Of a DNA stretch of 64,000 nt, positions 42,340 through 53,057 are shown piece after piece. The stretch is from positions 1,376,001 to 1,440,000 of the forward strand of contig CAXXNF010000002.1 in NCBI GenBank assembly GCA_963666365.2. The letters run 5' to 3'. How positions within the stretch are numbered: position 1 is the first letter of the stretch; the number at the start of each line of letters is the position of its first letter. Both the position numbers and the translations under genes were made by a program. The stretch comes from Syntrophales bacterium. Its GTDB lineage: Bacteria; Desulfobacterota; Syntrophia; Syntrophales; UBA2210. Under the pieces are notes generated by a model. That model did not search any database. It saw only the letters and a list, made by a program, of their open reading frames with translations, and was not told where the DNA came from.

Positions 42340-44151
42340 TCACCGGCCCAATTCGACGTTCACTGCACTGCAAAGTTTCTCAGGACCACAGGGCTTGCCT
42401 ATATAACATTCTGCGTCTGGCCGCTGAACCTCTCGGCAGGGCACATACACACTAATTGTTGTTCCACTGCCCAAAGGGCTTTCAATATCGATATACCCGT
42501 GGTGATCCTTCACTGTAGCCCACACAATGGCCATACCCAGACCCGTGCCGCTTCTGCCCATTTTCTTTTTGGTGAAGAAGGGCTCAAAGATTCTCTCTCT
42601 GTCTTCGGCGGCAATACCTACGCCGGTATCGGACACGGTGAGCACCGCATAGCTGCCCTTTTTTATATCCTCAAATCGTCTCTCAGACTCGCTCAGTCTG
42701 ATATGTTTCGTCGCAATCACTACCGTTCCCGCATCACATATAGATTCCACTGCGTTGAAAACGAGGTTCATAACCACCTTGCCGAGATGCACAGGAGAAC
42801 CGACCACCTGTGCCGCATCCTCCGAGAGGATTACATCGAGGTTCACACCGGGATGACGCGTCATCATCTCTGCGTGCTCCGGACTCTCCAGATACTCACC
42901 GATGATTTGATTAAAATTAAACACTTCCTGCACCGCAGTGCCGCACCTTGCAAGCGCCAGGAGATCCCGGGCGATGGCGGCCGCCTTTTCTCCCGACGCC
43001 TTGATCGTCATGACCGGTTTTCTCAACGGGCTCCATTCAGGAAGCTTGGCAAGCAGAAGCTCAGGATAACTGACAAGTCCGCTGAGCACATTATTGAGAT
43101 CGTGGGCCACGCCGCCCGCCAATATTCCCAAGGCCTCCATCTTTTCGGCGCGTTGCAGTTGTTCTTCCAGGTTTCTTCTCTCCTCGTCCGCCCGCTTGCG
43201 TTCCGTGAGATCACGATTGTACACGATAGACCCTACGAAGCTCCCATCTTCTCCATAGAGGGCCTTTTCTTTTCTCCACACGGAGACTGGCCTTCCGCTT
43301 TTCGCCACTAACTCTATCTCTCCTTCACAGAACCCCCGTTCCCTCAACTGGGATGATTTTTTCCTGAATACATCGGCACAACCCTCGGAAAAGAACTCCG
43401 CCGTATGCCTTCCCGTAATATCTTCGCGCCGGCGGCCGAGAAGATTCTTTTGCGCATCATTGATGTCGACAATATTCCCCCAGGCATCAAGCACCTCAAC
43501 ACCATCAGGGGCGGCCTCGAAGAGAGTCTTGTACGTTTCCTTCCGCTCAAGCGTCTCCGTAACCTCCCGTATCATGCGATAAAGATAGAAGCTTTCGATC
43601 GCATTCGCACTGTTGAGGAGAATAATGGAAAGGAGTGAAAGGCTGACCTCGGAAACTCGAGCGGTGTCATCTAAGAGGCCTATGAACATGCCTCTGGTCC
43701 TGGAGCGTGTGGAAAGGACATGAAGAATAAACTGCCCGGCTTTATTTCGCGAAGAAACCGTTACGGGACGTTTTTCACGGAGCGCCCAGGCAAATACGCC
43801 CCTTTCTATCATTGAATTGGTTTCTTCTAGGGCGTATGCGCTGAAGGTTGCCGGGGTCGTCCGGTAATGAATGAAGTCATTGTTCTCTTCATTGACCAGA
43901 TAAAAGGTCATGGCTTTGAAAGGGATAAGGCTTGATATTTTGGACTCCGTCTCATCCAGAATCAGCGATACATCCTGAAGTTTATTGATGCTTTGCTGGA
44001 AATCTCCGAGCGAGGCGGCCATCTCAAGGGCATCGGCCGTGCAGCGGTGCATATCCTCCAGATGGCGGATCCGCCGTTCAAGGTAGTGAAGTGTTGCATC
44101 ACTGTCGCCTGTTCTATTTTGGGTCGGAAAGGAAAAATGCGATAATCTCAT
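42340..44151 (-). CDS. PAS sensor histidine kinase with only a remnant of a C-terminal receiver domain
   Basis: PAS, LAGGVAHDLNN H-box, NLVFNA, DTGVGI, FEPFFTKK, GTGLG; tail YIGKPCGPEKLCSAVNVEL. Confidence 0.9.
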   Translation of the reverse strand: MRLSHFSFPTQNRTGDSDATLHYLERRIRHLEDMHRCTADALEMAASLGDFQQSINKLQDVSLILDETESKISSLIPFKAMTFYLVNEENNDFIHYRTTPATFSAYALEETNSMIERGVFAWALREKRPVTVSSRNKAGQFILHVLSTRSRTRGMFIGLLDDTARVSEVSLSLLSIILLNSANAIESFYLYRMIREVTETLERKETYKTLFEAAPDGVEVLDAWGNIVDINDAQKNLLGRRREDITGRHTAEFFSEGCADVFRKKSSQLRERGFCEGEIELVAKSGRPVSVWRKEKALYGEDGSFVGSIVYNRDLTERKRADEERRNLEEQLQRAEKMEALGILAGGVAHDLNNVLSGLVSYPELLLAKLPEWSPLRKPVMTIKASGEKAAAIARDLLALARCGTAVQEVFNFNQIIGEYLESPEHAEMMTRHPGVNLDVILSEDAAQVVGSPVHLGKVVMNLVFNAVESICDAGTVVIATKHIRLSESERRFEDIKKGSYAVLTVSDTGVGIAAEDRERIFEPFFTKKKMGRSGTGLGMAIVWATVKDHHGYIDIESPLGSGTTISVYVPCREVQRPDAECYIGKPCGPEKLCSAVNVELGR

Positions 44152-45376
44152 CTAGTTGCCTGTCTATGTGTTCTATCACCGGGTGCAGGATATTCTTCGA
44201 TAGTCCCAGACTCGCCCAGGATTCGGAATCCAAAACAGGAACAAGCGTTTCACCGCTCGCCCCCACCTCTATAGTATTGGTAATTATATCAGCAAGATGC
44301 ACAATAGACGACTCAAGCCGGTTTTGTGACTTCTGAGGTTTATGATGATAGCGTATGATATTTTCCAGAAGGAACGGCAGATTCCATTTTTTCACGAGCA
44401 GGCCGCCTATCTCCCCATGATCCGTACCCAATTCTTCACGCTCCGCTTCATAGACGAAAAGTTCAGTATCCCGGGCTCTTTTGAGGGTTTTCATCATGTG
44501 GCACGGCCAATAGCTGTATAATATAAGACGGCCTATGTCATGGAGGAGACCGGCCACAAAGAGCCGTTCCGTGTTCTGTATATTTTTATAACCGGCGATC
44601 AACCGCGATGCAAGACCGCATCCGATGCTGTGTTTCCAGAACGATTCCATATCGATATATTCAAGGGGAATATGTTCGAACATCTTCATAATGCTCACGC
44701 CAAAAGCAAGCGTAGTCAGCTGTTTTGTCCCCACAATCGCCACCGCCCTGGACAGCGTGTCAATTTTGTAAGGAAACCCGTAGAAGGCACTGTTGACTAT
44801 CGTAAGCAATCGGCTGGCAAGCGCCACATCCATGCTGATGACGGAGGCGATATCATTGGCCGAACTTTTCGGATCCATGATTGTTTCGTTAATCCTGTTA
44901 AATATGGCGGGCAGTGTAGGGAGTCTGAGATCATTCTGAATAAACGCGGCAAGATCGAGCAGTTCCGGTTCTCTTTCTCCCGTCACCACGCAGCCGCACT
45001 GCCGAAGGAGTTTTTGCTCGCGGTACAGGCTGCGCTCCTGCGTGTGAGGGGCCCCATTGCGCACCCTCCTCTCTATGTAAAGTTTTTTCAACTCTTCCAC
45101 CGCCGGATGCCCCGCCTCGGTCCGTTGAAACTTGTGTACGACCCGTCCCCGGGCGGATGAGATCACTTCCGCAATGCCGCCATCGGAAAGTCCAGCAGAT
45201 TCATCGGCGGCTATCCCCTGAATATCGGCTTCGACAATACCCCAGACCTTAAGAATCCTGATGTGTTCCGGCGTCAGTACCGTACCCGAGGCAAAGAGGA
45301 ACCGACCATCATGATTTCTGACATCGGCGGCGAGCATCATGCGGGGTTCCAGATCAGCAAGCTTTACCATGCCCAT
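44114..45376 (-). CDS. HDOD-domain protein
   Basis: LPTLP, D-ALASRLL-VNSAFYG, FWKHS, AGLLHDIG, HGEIG-WNLP-HH; likely start MGMVKL behind AAGGTG. Confidence 0.9.
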   Translation of the reverse strand: MGMVKLADLEPRMMLAADVRNHDGRFLFASGTVLTPEHIRILKVWGIVEADIQGIAADESAGLSDGGIAEVISSARGRVVHKFQRTEAGHPAVEELKKLYIERRVRNGAPHTQERSLYREQKLLRQCGCVVTGEREPELLDLAAFIQNDLRLPTLPAIFNRINETIMDPKSSANDIASVISMDVALASRLLTIVNSAFYGFPYKIDTLSRAVAIVGTKQLTTLAFGVSIMKMFEHIPLEYIDMESFWKHSIGCGLASRLIAGYKNIQNTERLFVAGLLHDIGRLILYSYWPCHMMKTLKRARDTELFVYEAEREELGTDHGEIGGLLVKKWNLPFLLENIIRYHHKPQKSQNRLESSIVHLADIITNTIEVGASGETLVPVLDSESWASLGLSKNILHPVIEHIDRQLDEIIAFFLSDPK

Positions 45377-45474
45377 AGCATTCACACCTTTATACATAAA
45401 TTAGCATTTTATAACAGGCACATAACGGGGAACCACCCATTCCTGCCTTCAAATCGACTTTCATGCTGTACTAT

Positions 45475-45502
45475 TAATCGTCAATCGCCCCCTTAAACTT
45501 GA
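45475..45502 (-). promoter_or_regulatory. Putative sigma-28 promoter of the HDOD-kinase unit
   Basis: Minus strand TCAA-N16-GACGATTA (TCAAGTTT -35). Confidence 0.6.
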
Positions 45503-45598
45503 GTACATTTTGCACTTTTCCGACCCTTGCCTTATGCGGTTCAATGTATTATGGTGGAGTGCATGCAACACGCATCTTTACCGGAAGAAGGATCGTTA

Positions 45599-45988
45599 AT
45601 GAAAGGCGTCATTCTGGTTGTCGATGATGAGTGGTCGATACGCAGCCTCTTTGAAGAAGTGCTCATGGACGCAGGGTACCGGGTGCGTGGGTCTGAAAAT
45701 GCTGAGGAGGCGCTGCGCACGCTTCAAGAAGAAAATATCAATGTAATCTTTCTCGACTTAAAGTTATTCGGGATGAACGGCATTGAACTTTGCAAACGAA
45801 TCAGGGGCCAAAGCCCCCTGGCGATTATTTATGCAATAACGGGCTGGGCCGGTCTTTTTGAGATAGAAGAGTGCCGTGAGGCAGGATTTGATGACTTTTT
45901 CAGAAAACCCATCGGCGCGGAAACAATCACAAAGGCAGTTGAAGAGGCCTTTGAAAAGATTGAACGGTGGACAACCCGGCGGCGCTGA
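45599..45988 (+). CDS. Single-domain response regulator
   Basis: ILVVDDE, FLDLKL, AITG, RKP; start re-assigned to MKGVIL. Confidence 0.88.
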   Translation: MKGVILVVDDEWSIRSLFEEVLMDAGYRVRGSENAEEALRTLQEENINVIFLDLKLFGMNGIELCKRIRGQSPLAIIYAITGWAGLFEIEECREAGFDDFFRKPIGAETITKAVEEAFEKIERWTTRRR

Positions 45989-46005
45989 TCAATTCTCTGT
46001 GCCAC

Positions 46006-46500
46006 TCACTCGTCTTGAATCACTTCTCTGATTTTTTCTGTAAGATATTCTATTTCGAAGGGTTTCCGTACAAAAGCGCGGCACCCCCGTCTCAGAAGTT
46101 CCGACACGTGCCCTTCCGCGCTGAACCCCGAAACAATGATGACCTTTATGGAGGGATTCATTTCCTTCAGTACGCCATAGGTTTCAAAGCCGTTCATGCC
46201 GGGCATGATTAGATCCAACAGAACCAGCGCGATATCATCCCGGCGGGCACGGTATATCTCAACAGCTTCGTTGCCGTTGCGCGCCACAAGGACCTGGTAG
46301 CCAACGGCTTCCAGTATCTCCCTGTTCACGTCGAGCACACGATCCTCATCATCGACCACAAGAATCACCTTACCGGGGGAAGCGGCGCGCAGTTTCCGGG
46401 AAAACTCGTCACCAATTCCCTCAGTGTCTTCCGATGCCTTATCCCACGACATGAAGCGCCTTTCCGATATTATTCCGCACGCTTTTTCTTTGTCCGTCAT
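46006..46500 (-). CDS. Stand-alone receiver domain protein resembling the REC of CckA-type hybrid kinases
   Basis: ILVVDDE, LLDLIMPGMNG, VSGF, RKPF; exact start uncertain. Confidence 0.85.
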   Translation of the reverse strand: MTDKEKACGIISERRFMSWDKASEDTEGIGDEFSRKLRAASPGKVILVVDDEDRVLDVNREILEAVGYQVLVARNGNEAVEIYRARRDDIALVLLDLIMPGMNGFETYGVLKEMNPSIKVIIVSGFSAEGHVSELLRRGCRAFVRKPFEIEYLTEKIREVIQDE

Positions 46501-46602
46501 CCCTGTCCCTGTGCCGGTTGCAGTATCCTCCCTCCGCCCCGGCGCACATGTTCACTTTTCAGTCAAGGCCGCACCCACAAAGTCTGAAACGACAAAATAC
46601 GC

Positions 46603-47079
46603 TCAGCTCTGCGGCTTGCCCATGCACACATCGGCAAAAAAGGGTCCATAGTCGGTCTCGAAAGGAATCACGAGACTGGGCCCTCCCAGAAGATGAACGA
46701 TCGAGTGCCCTTTCCCCGTCACCACCGTGGGGAGGGCCGCCGTAAGGCTGATTCCCATCTGATCCAGCTTCTGTCGCGCCGCCCCCGATACCATGTTGGT
46801 GATTTCTCCCACTGCGTCTTTAATATCGTCATTGATAATGCTTATTTCCTCGCCAAGCATATTGGAAACGAGCTTTACAATGCAGCCTTCGCTGAAGCTG
46901 AGCGCAAACGACCCTCTCACCGAACCGGCAATGCCGATGATTCCTGAAATATCGCCCTTCGCGTAATCGCCGTTTTTCAAGAACGGCTTTCCCGCCCTCG
47001 GCTCAATAAACGCCATGGTCCTGATCACATTAATTGTTCCCTCAAGAAAGGGATTAATAAATTGAACGTCCATTTTCAC
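46603..47079 (-). CDS. cheX: Chemotaxis phosphatase CheX
   Basis: FINPF, DISGIIG, DAVGEITNMVSG (ExxN), LPTVVTG. Confidence 0.93.
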   Translation of the reverse strand: MKMDVQFINPFLEGTINVIRTMAFIEPRAGKPFLKNGDYAKGDISGIIGIAGSVRGSFALSFSEGCIVKLVSNMLGEEISIINDDIKDAVGEITNMVSGAARQKLDQMGISLTAALPTVVTGKGHSIVHLLGGPSLVIPFETDYGPFFADVCMGKPQS

Positions 47080-47104
47080 CTCGATTCTCGACAGGTCTGC
47101 GGCG

Positions 47105-47488
47105 CTACTGATATTTTGCCACTATTTTCCCTATCTTCTCATTTAATACCTCCGCGGTAAAAGGCTTCACAATGTAGTTGTCAACGCCGGCTTTCACTGC
47201 CTCCACCACATTCTCTTTTAGTGATTCCGCGGTCACCATGAGAAAAGGCGTTTTAGAAAGACTTTCATCGGCCCGGACTTCTCTTAGGAGTTCAATTCCC
47301 GTCATATTCGGCATATTCCAGTCGGATATTACAAATTCAATCTTCTGGCTCCTGAGTTCCGCAAGGGCCATGACGCCATCTTCAGCCTCGACGATGTTCT
47401 CGTACCCTATCTGTTTAAGAAGATTTCTGATAACCTTCCGCATGGTGGCAAAATCATCCACAATTAAAATTTTGCTGTCTTTGTTCAT
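47105..47488 (-). CDS. cheY: Chemotaxis response regulator CheY
   Basis: VDDFATMR, SDWNMPNMTG, MVTAE, YIVKPFT. Confidence 0.96.
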   Translation of the reverse strand: MNKDSKILIVDDFATMRKVIRNLLKQIGYENIVEAEDGVMALAELRSQKIEFVISDWNMPNMTGIELLREVRADESLSKTPFLMVTAESLKENVVEAVKAGVDNYIVKPFTAEVLNEKIGKIVAKYQ

Positions 47489-47527
47489 ACCAATCTCCTG
47501 ACAACCAATTAGTGTACATTAAAAAAT

Positions 47528-49741
47528 TTACAGTGCCTGTTTCTCACTCAATTCAAAAAGGCCTTCTGGATCAACGATGAGTCCCACATTGCCGTCACCC
47601 AGAATTGCCCCGCCGGACATGCCCCTGATATTTTTGAAATCTCCGCCTAGCGACTTGATGACCACCTCGCCCTTTTCAAGCACCTCATCGACGAGCACGC
47701 ATTTTGAACGGTTACCCGCTTCCACCACCACCACGAGTGCATCCCAGGGATCCTGAAACTGCGGGGTAACCCTGAACACGTCATACAGTCTCAGAAGAGG
47801 AAGAAGATCCCCCATGACATTGAGCATTTCCCCCTTCCCCACTACCTGCGTGTAGCTTTCCCGATCAGGCCTAAGGAGACGCCTGATGGCCGTGGTCGGG
47901 ATAATATATTTCTCGCTTCCCACCCTTACAATCATGCCGTCGATTATCGCCATTGTCAGGGGAAAGAGCGTCGCAAAGGTCGTCCCTTCGCCTTCAACAC
48001 TTTTAATCTCAATTTTACCCCGCAGTTTATCCACAGTCTGCTTTACCACATCCATGCCGACCCCACGCCCCGAAACATCCGTCACCGACGCGGCAGTAGA
48101 AAAACCCGGAAGGAAGAGAAGTCGATACACCTCCTGGTCCGAAAGAACATCGGCTTCGCCGACAAGGCCCTTTTCACGCGCCTTCTTGAGAATTTTCGAG
48201 GTGCTCAGTCCTCCACCGTCGTCCGATATCTCAATGACAATGCTCCCACCCTTGTGGTAGGCTTTCAGCTGGACAAGCCCCTTTTCCGCCTTACCCCGCT
48301 TTAGACGCGCTTCTTTTGACTCCAGTCCGTGATCAACGGCATTTCTCACCATATGGACAAGGGGATTGTAAATCTCTTCCACCATCTTGCGATCGATCTC
48401 CGTGTCTTCTCCCACCATCTCAACGGACACATCTTTCCCGGCATTCCTCGCCAGGTCTCTCACCAGGCGGGCCATCCGCTGGAAGGTCTGCTTGATCGGC
48501 ACCATTCTCAAGCTTGTCGATGTCCTCTGCAGTTCCGAAGTAATGCTCGAAAGCTGCGATATATCACCCATGAGCTTTCTGTCCTCGCTTTTCTGCGTCA
48601 TAAGATTCTGCTTTATCATAGACTGTGTGATCACCAGTTCGCCGATCATGTCGACAAAATCGTCAAGTTTTTTCACATCGACGCGAATTGTATTGGTATC
48701 GGTAACCTGCCGCGTCTGCTTGCGCAGGGCCTGCAATACCTGCTTGGACTTGACCTTCCCTTCCTCGATGAGCGTTTCACCGATTTTCTTTGACGTATCA
48801 CTCCTTTTCTGAAGGCTTTCCTCCAGAACTTCTTCGGTTATAACCCCGTCTTCCACCAGTATGGCGCCGAGCTTCTTGATACTTCTCTCCTCCTCGGGGG
48901 GTTCATCGTCGACGGTGGCAATCCTCTCCCTCAACCCGGACATATCCGGGATATAGGGGTGTGTGCGGTTGCCCTCCATCACGTCATTGAGACTTCCTAT
49001 CATTTCCTTGAGCACATCGGCGCCCTCAAGGACAATGTCAATGAGTTTTGAATCAACATTCAGTTCGCTGCTTCGGGCCCGGTCGAGCAGATTTTCCAGA
49101 TCGTGGGCAATGTCGCGTATTTCTTTCAGATCAAGAAAACTTGCCACTCCCTTTATCGAGTGAAAGGGACGGAACACTGCGTTGATATACTCTTTATCTT
49201 CCGGGTTTTGTTCAAGATTGAGAATATTGATCTCGATTTCGCCTATGTATTCGAGCCCCTCAACAATGAAATCCCGCAGCAGCGATTCATCCTGTACTTT
49301 AAACCCTTCCTCTTCGGCGGGCTGTTCATCCCGGGGAGCAACCACTTTCTTTTCCTCCTTGTCTTCCGGCAGTCCGCTTTCTCCGTCTGAGACACCCATG
49401 ACCAGTGAGAGTGATCCCATTAATTTGTCAATGGGGACGCCGCAGGAACCGTTCCTGGTCAAGTTTTCCGCCATTTGCTGCATCGCGGCAATTCCCTTTT
49501 CGCACACTGCATATCCGGCGCCGTGATCAACGCTTTCGAGCACCATCTTTTCAAGCAGGGCATTTATCCCCTTTGCCACACGCACCAGATCATCCATTGC
49601 AGGATCCTTTGCTTCTGCAATGATTTCCTCCAGTGAATTGAGCAGTTTGCCTGCTGCAGGCACATCAATGCTCTGTTCGTCGAGAATAAGAAAATCCGAA
49701 GTCAATTTATTAATAAGATTGGCAACGCGTTCATAATCCAT
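47528..49741 (-). CDS. cheA: Chemotaxis histidine kinase CheA (extra N-terminal helical domain, MshEN-like linker, no recognisable P2)
   Basis: Hpt FRPFHSIKG, IRVD-IGELVI, HMVRNAVDHG, GFSTA-SGRGVGMDVV, CheW domain. Confidence 0.97.
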   Translation of the reverse strand: MDYERVANLINKLTSDFLILDEQSIDVPAAGKLLNSLEEIIAEAKDPAMDDLVRVAKGINALLEKMVLESVDHGAGYAVCEKGIAAMQQMAENLTRNGSCGVPIDKLMGSLSLVMGVSDGESGLPEDKEEKKVVAPRDEQPAEEEGFKVQDESLLRDFIVEGLEYIGEIEINILNLEQNPEDKEYINAVFRPFHSIKGVASFLDLKEIRDIAHDLENLLDRARSSELNVDSKLIDIVLEGADVLKEMIGSLNDVMEGNRTHPYIPDMSGLRERIATVDDEPPEEERSIKKLGAILVEDGVITEEVLEESLQKRSDTSKKIGETLIEEGKVKSKQVLQALRKQTRQVTDTNTIRVDVKKLDDFVDMIGELVITQSMIKQNLMTQKSEDRKLMGDISQLSSITSELQRTSTSLRMVPIKQTFQRMARLVRDLARNAGKDVSVEMVGEDTEIDRKMVEEIYNPLVHMVRNAVDHGLESKEARLKRGKAEKGLVQLKAYHKGGSIVIEISDDGGGLSTSKILKKAREKGLVGEADVLSDQEVYRLLFLPGFSTAASVTDVSGRGVGMDVVKQTVDKLRGKIEIKSVEGEGTTFATLFPLTMAIIDGMIVRVGSEKYIIPTTAIRRLLRPDRESYTQVVGKGEMLNVMGDLLPLLRLYDVFRVTPQFQDPWDALVVVVEAGNRSKCVLVDEVLEKGEVVIKSLGGDFKNIRGMSGGAILGDGNVGLIVDPEGLFELSEKQAL

Positions 49742-49743
49742 AG

Positions 49744-51230
<1,487 letters not shown>

Positions 51231-51646
51231 CCTCCTCCATTCCCAGCACTTGATAGAGCATCTGCCGGCAATCCTCAGGCAGGAAGGGCTTTTTCAGAAA
51301 CCCTCCCGCACCTTTTTCAAAGGCTTCGTGAATGCGTTCTTGATTGCCTTCAGTGGAAACAATCACCACCGGTATCGCCCTGAGCAAAGCGTCGGCTTTC
51401 ATTTGGCACAGCATCTGGATTCCGTTCATTTCGGGCATATTGATATCGGAAATAACTAAATCCACCCAGTGTTCCGACAAGAGGGCAAGCGCTTCTTTAC
51501 CGCTTCCCGCCTCGAAGCAATTGTCCATTTCAAAGCCCGACATGGAAACCACTTTTTTGATCACTGACCTCATGGAACGGGAATCATCAACAATCAATAC
51601 ATTAAATGACATGGCCCAACCCCGCGACGTACATGTGTTACTCCCT

Positions 51647-52129
51647 TTAAATTATCTTTTCATACCCTTTTGCGTTCGACACACAGGTGGTCCCGGTTGC
51701 AATATCGAGGCGAACGGTCCGGTTGAAATCGCCCCCTGTGTCTTCGCCGTCAACAAATACATTATTCTTCCAGAATATCTTTCGTATTGCCGTAATGTTT
51801 TTATGTCCGATCTGAAATCGGTTATCTTTATCGAGTATATTGGCGCCGCCCACAACCTTGACGGACATCCGTTTTTTTTCCGCCCCGAGTTTGTAGCAAC
51901 TCTTGAACAGAAGCGGTATGCCTGTGTCGGCAAACATGGCCGGCCGCATCATGGCCTTTTTTTTATCGATCGATGAATCGGCAAGCATAAAGTGCAGCAA
52001 TCCACCGACCTTTGCATGGGCATCGAACACAGCAACGGCAATACAGGAACCGAGGGCGTAGGTAACAAGCAGATCCTCGATATTACCGCTTACTTTAAAA
52101 TCAGCAACTCCTACAATAATCTGTGCCAT
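51647..52129 (-). CDS. cheD: Chemoreceptor glutamine deamidase CheD
   Basis: TYALGSCIAV, GLLHFML, FADTG, VGGA, DTGG. Confidence 0.95.
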   Translation of the reverse strand: MAQIIVGVADFKVSGNIEDLLVTYALGSCIAVAVFDAHAKVGGLLHFMLADSSIDKKKAMMRPAMFADTGIPLLFKSCYKLGAEKKRMSVKVVGGANILDKDNRFQIGHKNITAIRKIFWKNNVFVDGEDTGGDFNRTVRLDIATGTTCVSNAKGYEKII

Positions 52130-52134
52130 ATGTT

Positions 52135-52986
52135 CTATTTCCGATATACGCTTGGTTCGATATATCTGAAGCGATGGGCCAGCCCCGTCAAGCTTTCCGA
52201 ATGCCCCACAAAAAGATGTCCCCCATCCTTAAGACAGTCATAGAACCTGTCGATGAGCACCCGCTGTGTTTCTTTGTCAAAGTAGATCATCACGTTACGA
52301 CAGAAAATAATGTCAAACCCCTCGTTGAAGGAGATCGGATCTTTAAGATTAAATCTGGCAAAATGAATCATCTGCCTCAGGACATCCTTGACGCGATACT
52401 GCCCCTTCCACTTCCCCGTGCCCTGCTGAAAATATTTGCGAAGCATAGCCTGGGGAATCCGGGCAGTGCCTTTCTCCTGATACACGCCGGCAATGGCCTG
52501 TTTCAATACCTTTGTGGAAATATCCGTTGCCAGAATTTTCACTTCCCATCGCCGCCCTTCCAGCACATCATGAAGCACCATTGCCATTGTATAGGGTTCC
52601 TCCCCCGTGGAACACCCGGCGCTCCACAGTTTCATTTTCATTGCCCCCTGGAGAGGCGGCCCGGCCTTCGCCATGGCCGCCGCAATTTCCCGGAGCGCCT
52701 GAAAATGAGCCTCTTCCCTGAAAAAACTGGTGAGGTTCGTGGAAAGCGAATCAATCATCGCGGTCAGTTCTTCCGTACCCTCCTGCGTCGTCACATGCTT
52801 CAGGTAATGGGCAAAAGAGGTGAAATTACCCTCTTTCAGCCTCTTGTTGAGACGGGCCTTTACCAGCTCTCTTTTCCCGTCATGCAGGTTGATACCGCAC
52901 AGGTCGTACACAAAGCGGCTGATTTTCTCAAAATCCGCATCGCGAAGCTCGTAACTCTTAGCCAGTGTAGTGCTCAGGTCCATCAT
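52135..52986 (-). CDS. cheR: Chemotaxis methyltransferase CheR
   Basis: TNLTSFFRE, WSAGCSTGEEPY, ATDIS, IFCRNVMIYF, GHSESL. Confidence 0.98.
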   Translation of the reverse strand: MMDLSTTLAKSYELRDADFEKISRFVYDLCGINLHDGKRELVKARLNKRLKEGNFTSFAHYLKHVTTQEGTEELTAMIDSLSTNLTSFFREEAHFQALREIAAAMAKAGPPLQGAMKMKLWSAGCSTGEEPYTMAMVLHDVLEGRRWEVKILATDISTKVLKQAIAGVYQEKGTARIPQAMLRKYFQQGTGKWKGQYRVKDVLRQMIHFARFNLKDPISFNEGFDIIFCRNVMIYFDKETQRVLIDRFYDCLKDGGHLFVGHSESLTGLAHRFRYIEPSVYRK

Positions 52987-53057
52987 CCGCCTATCCTTCT
53001 CGGTCCATGTCAGGGGTCATTTGTTTCATACACGCGCCTGCCTGTGTTCAAGACATG

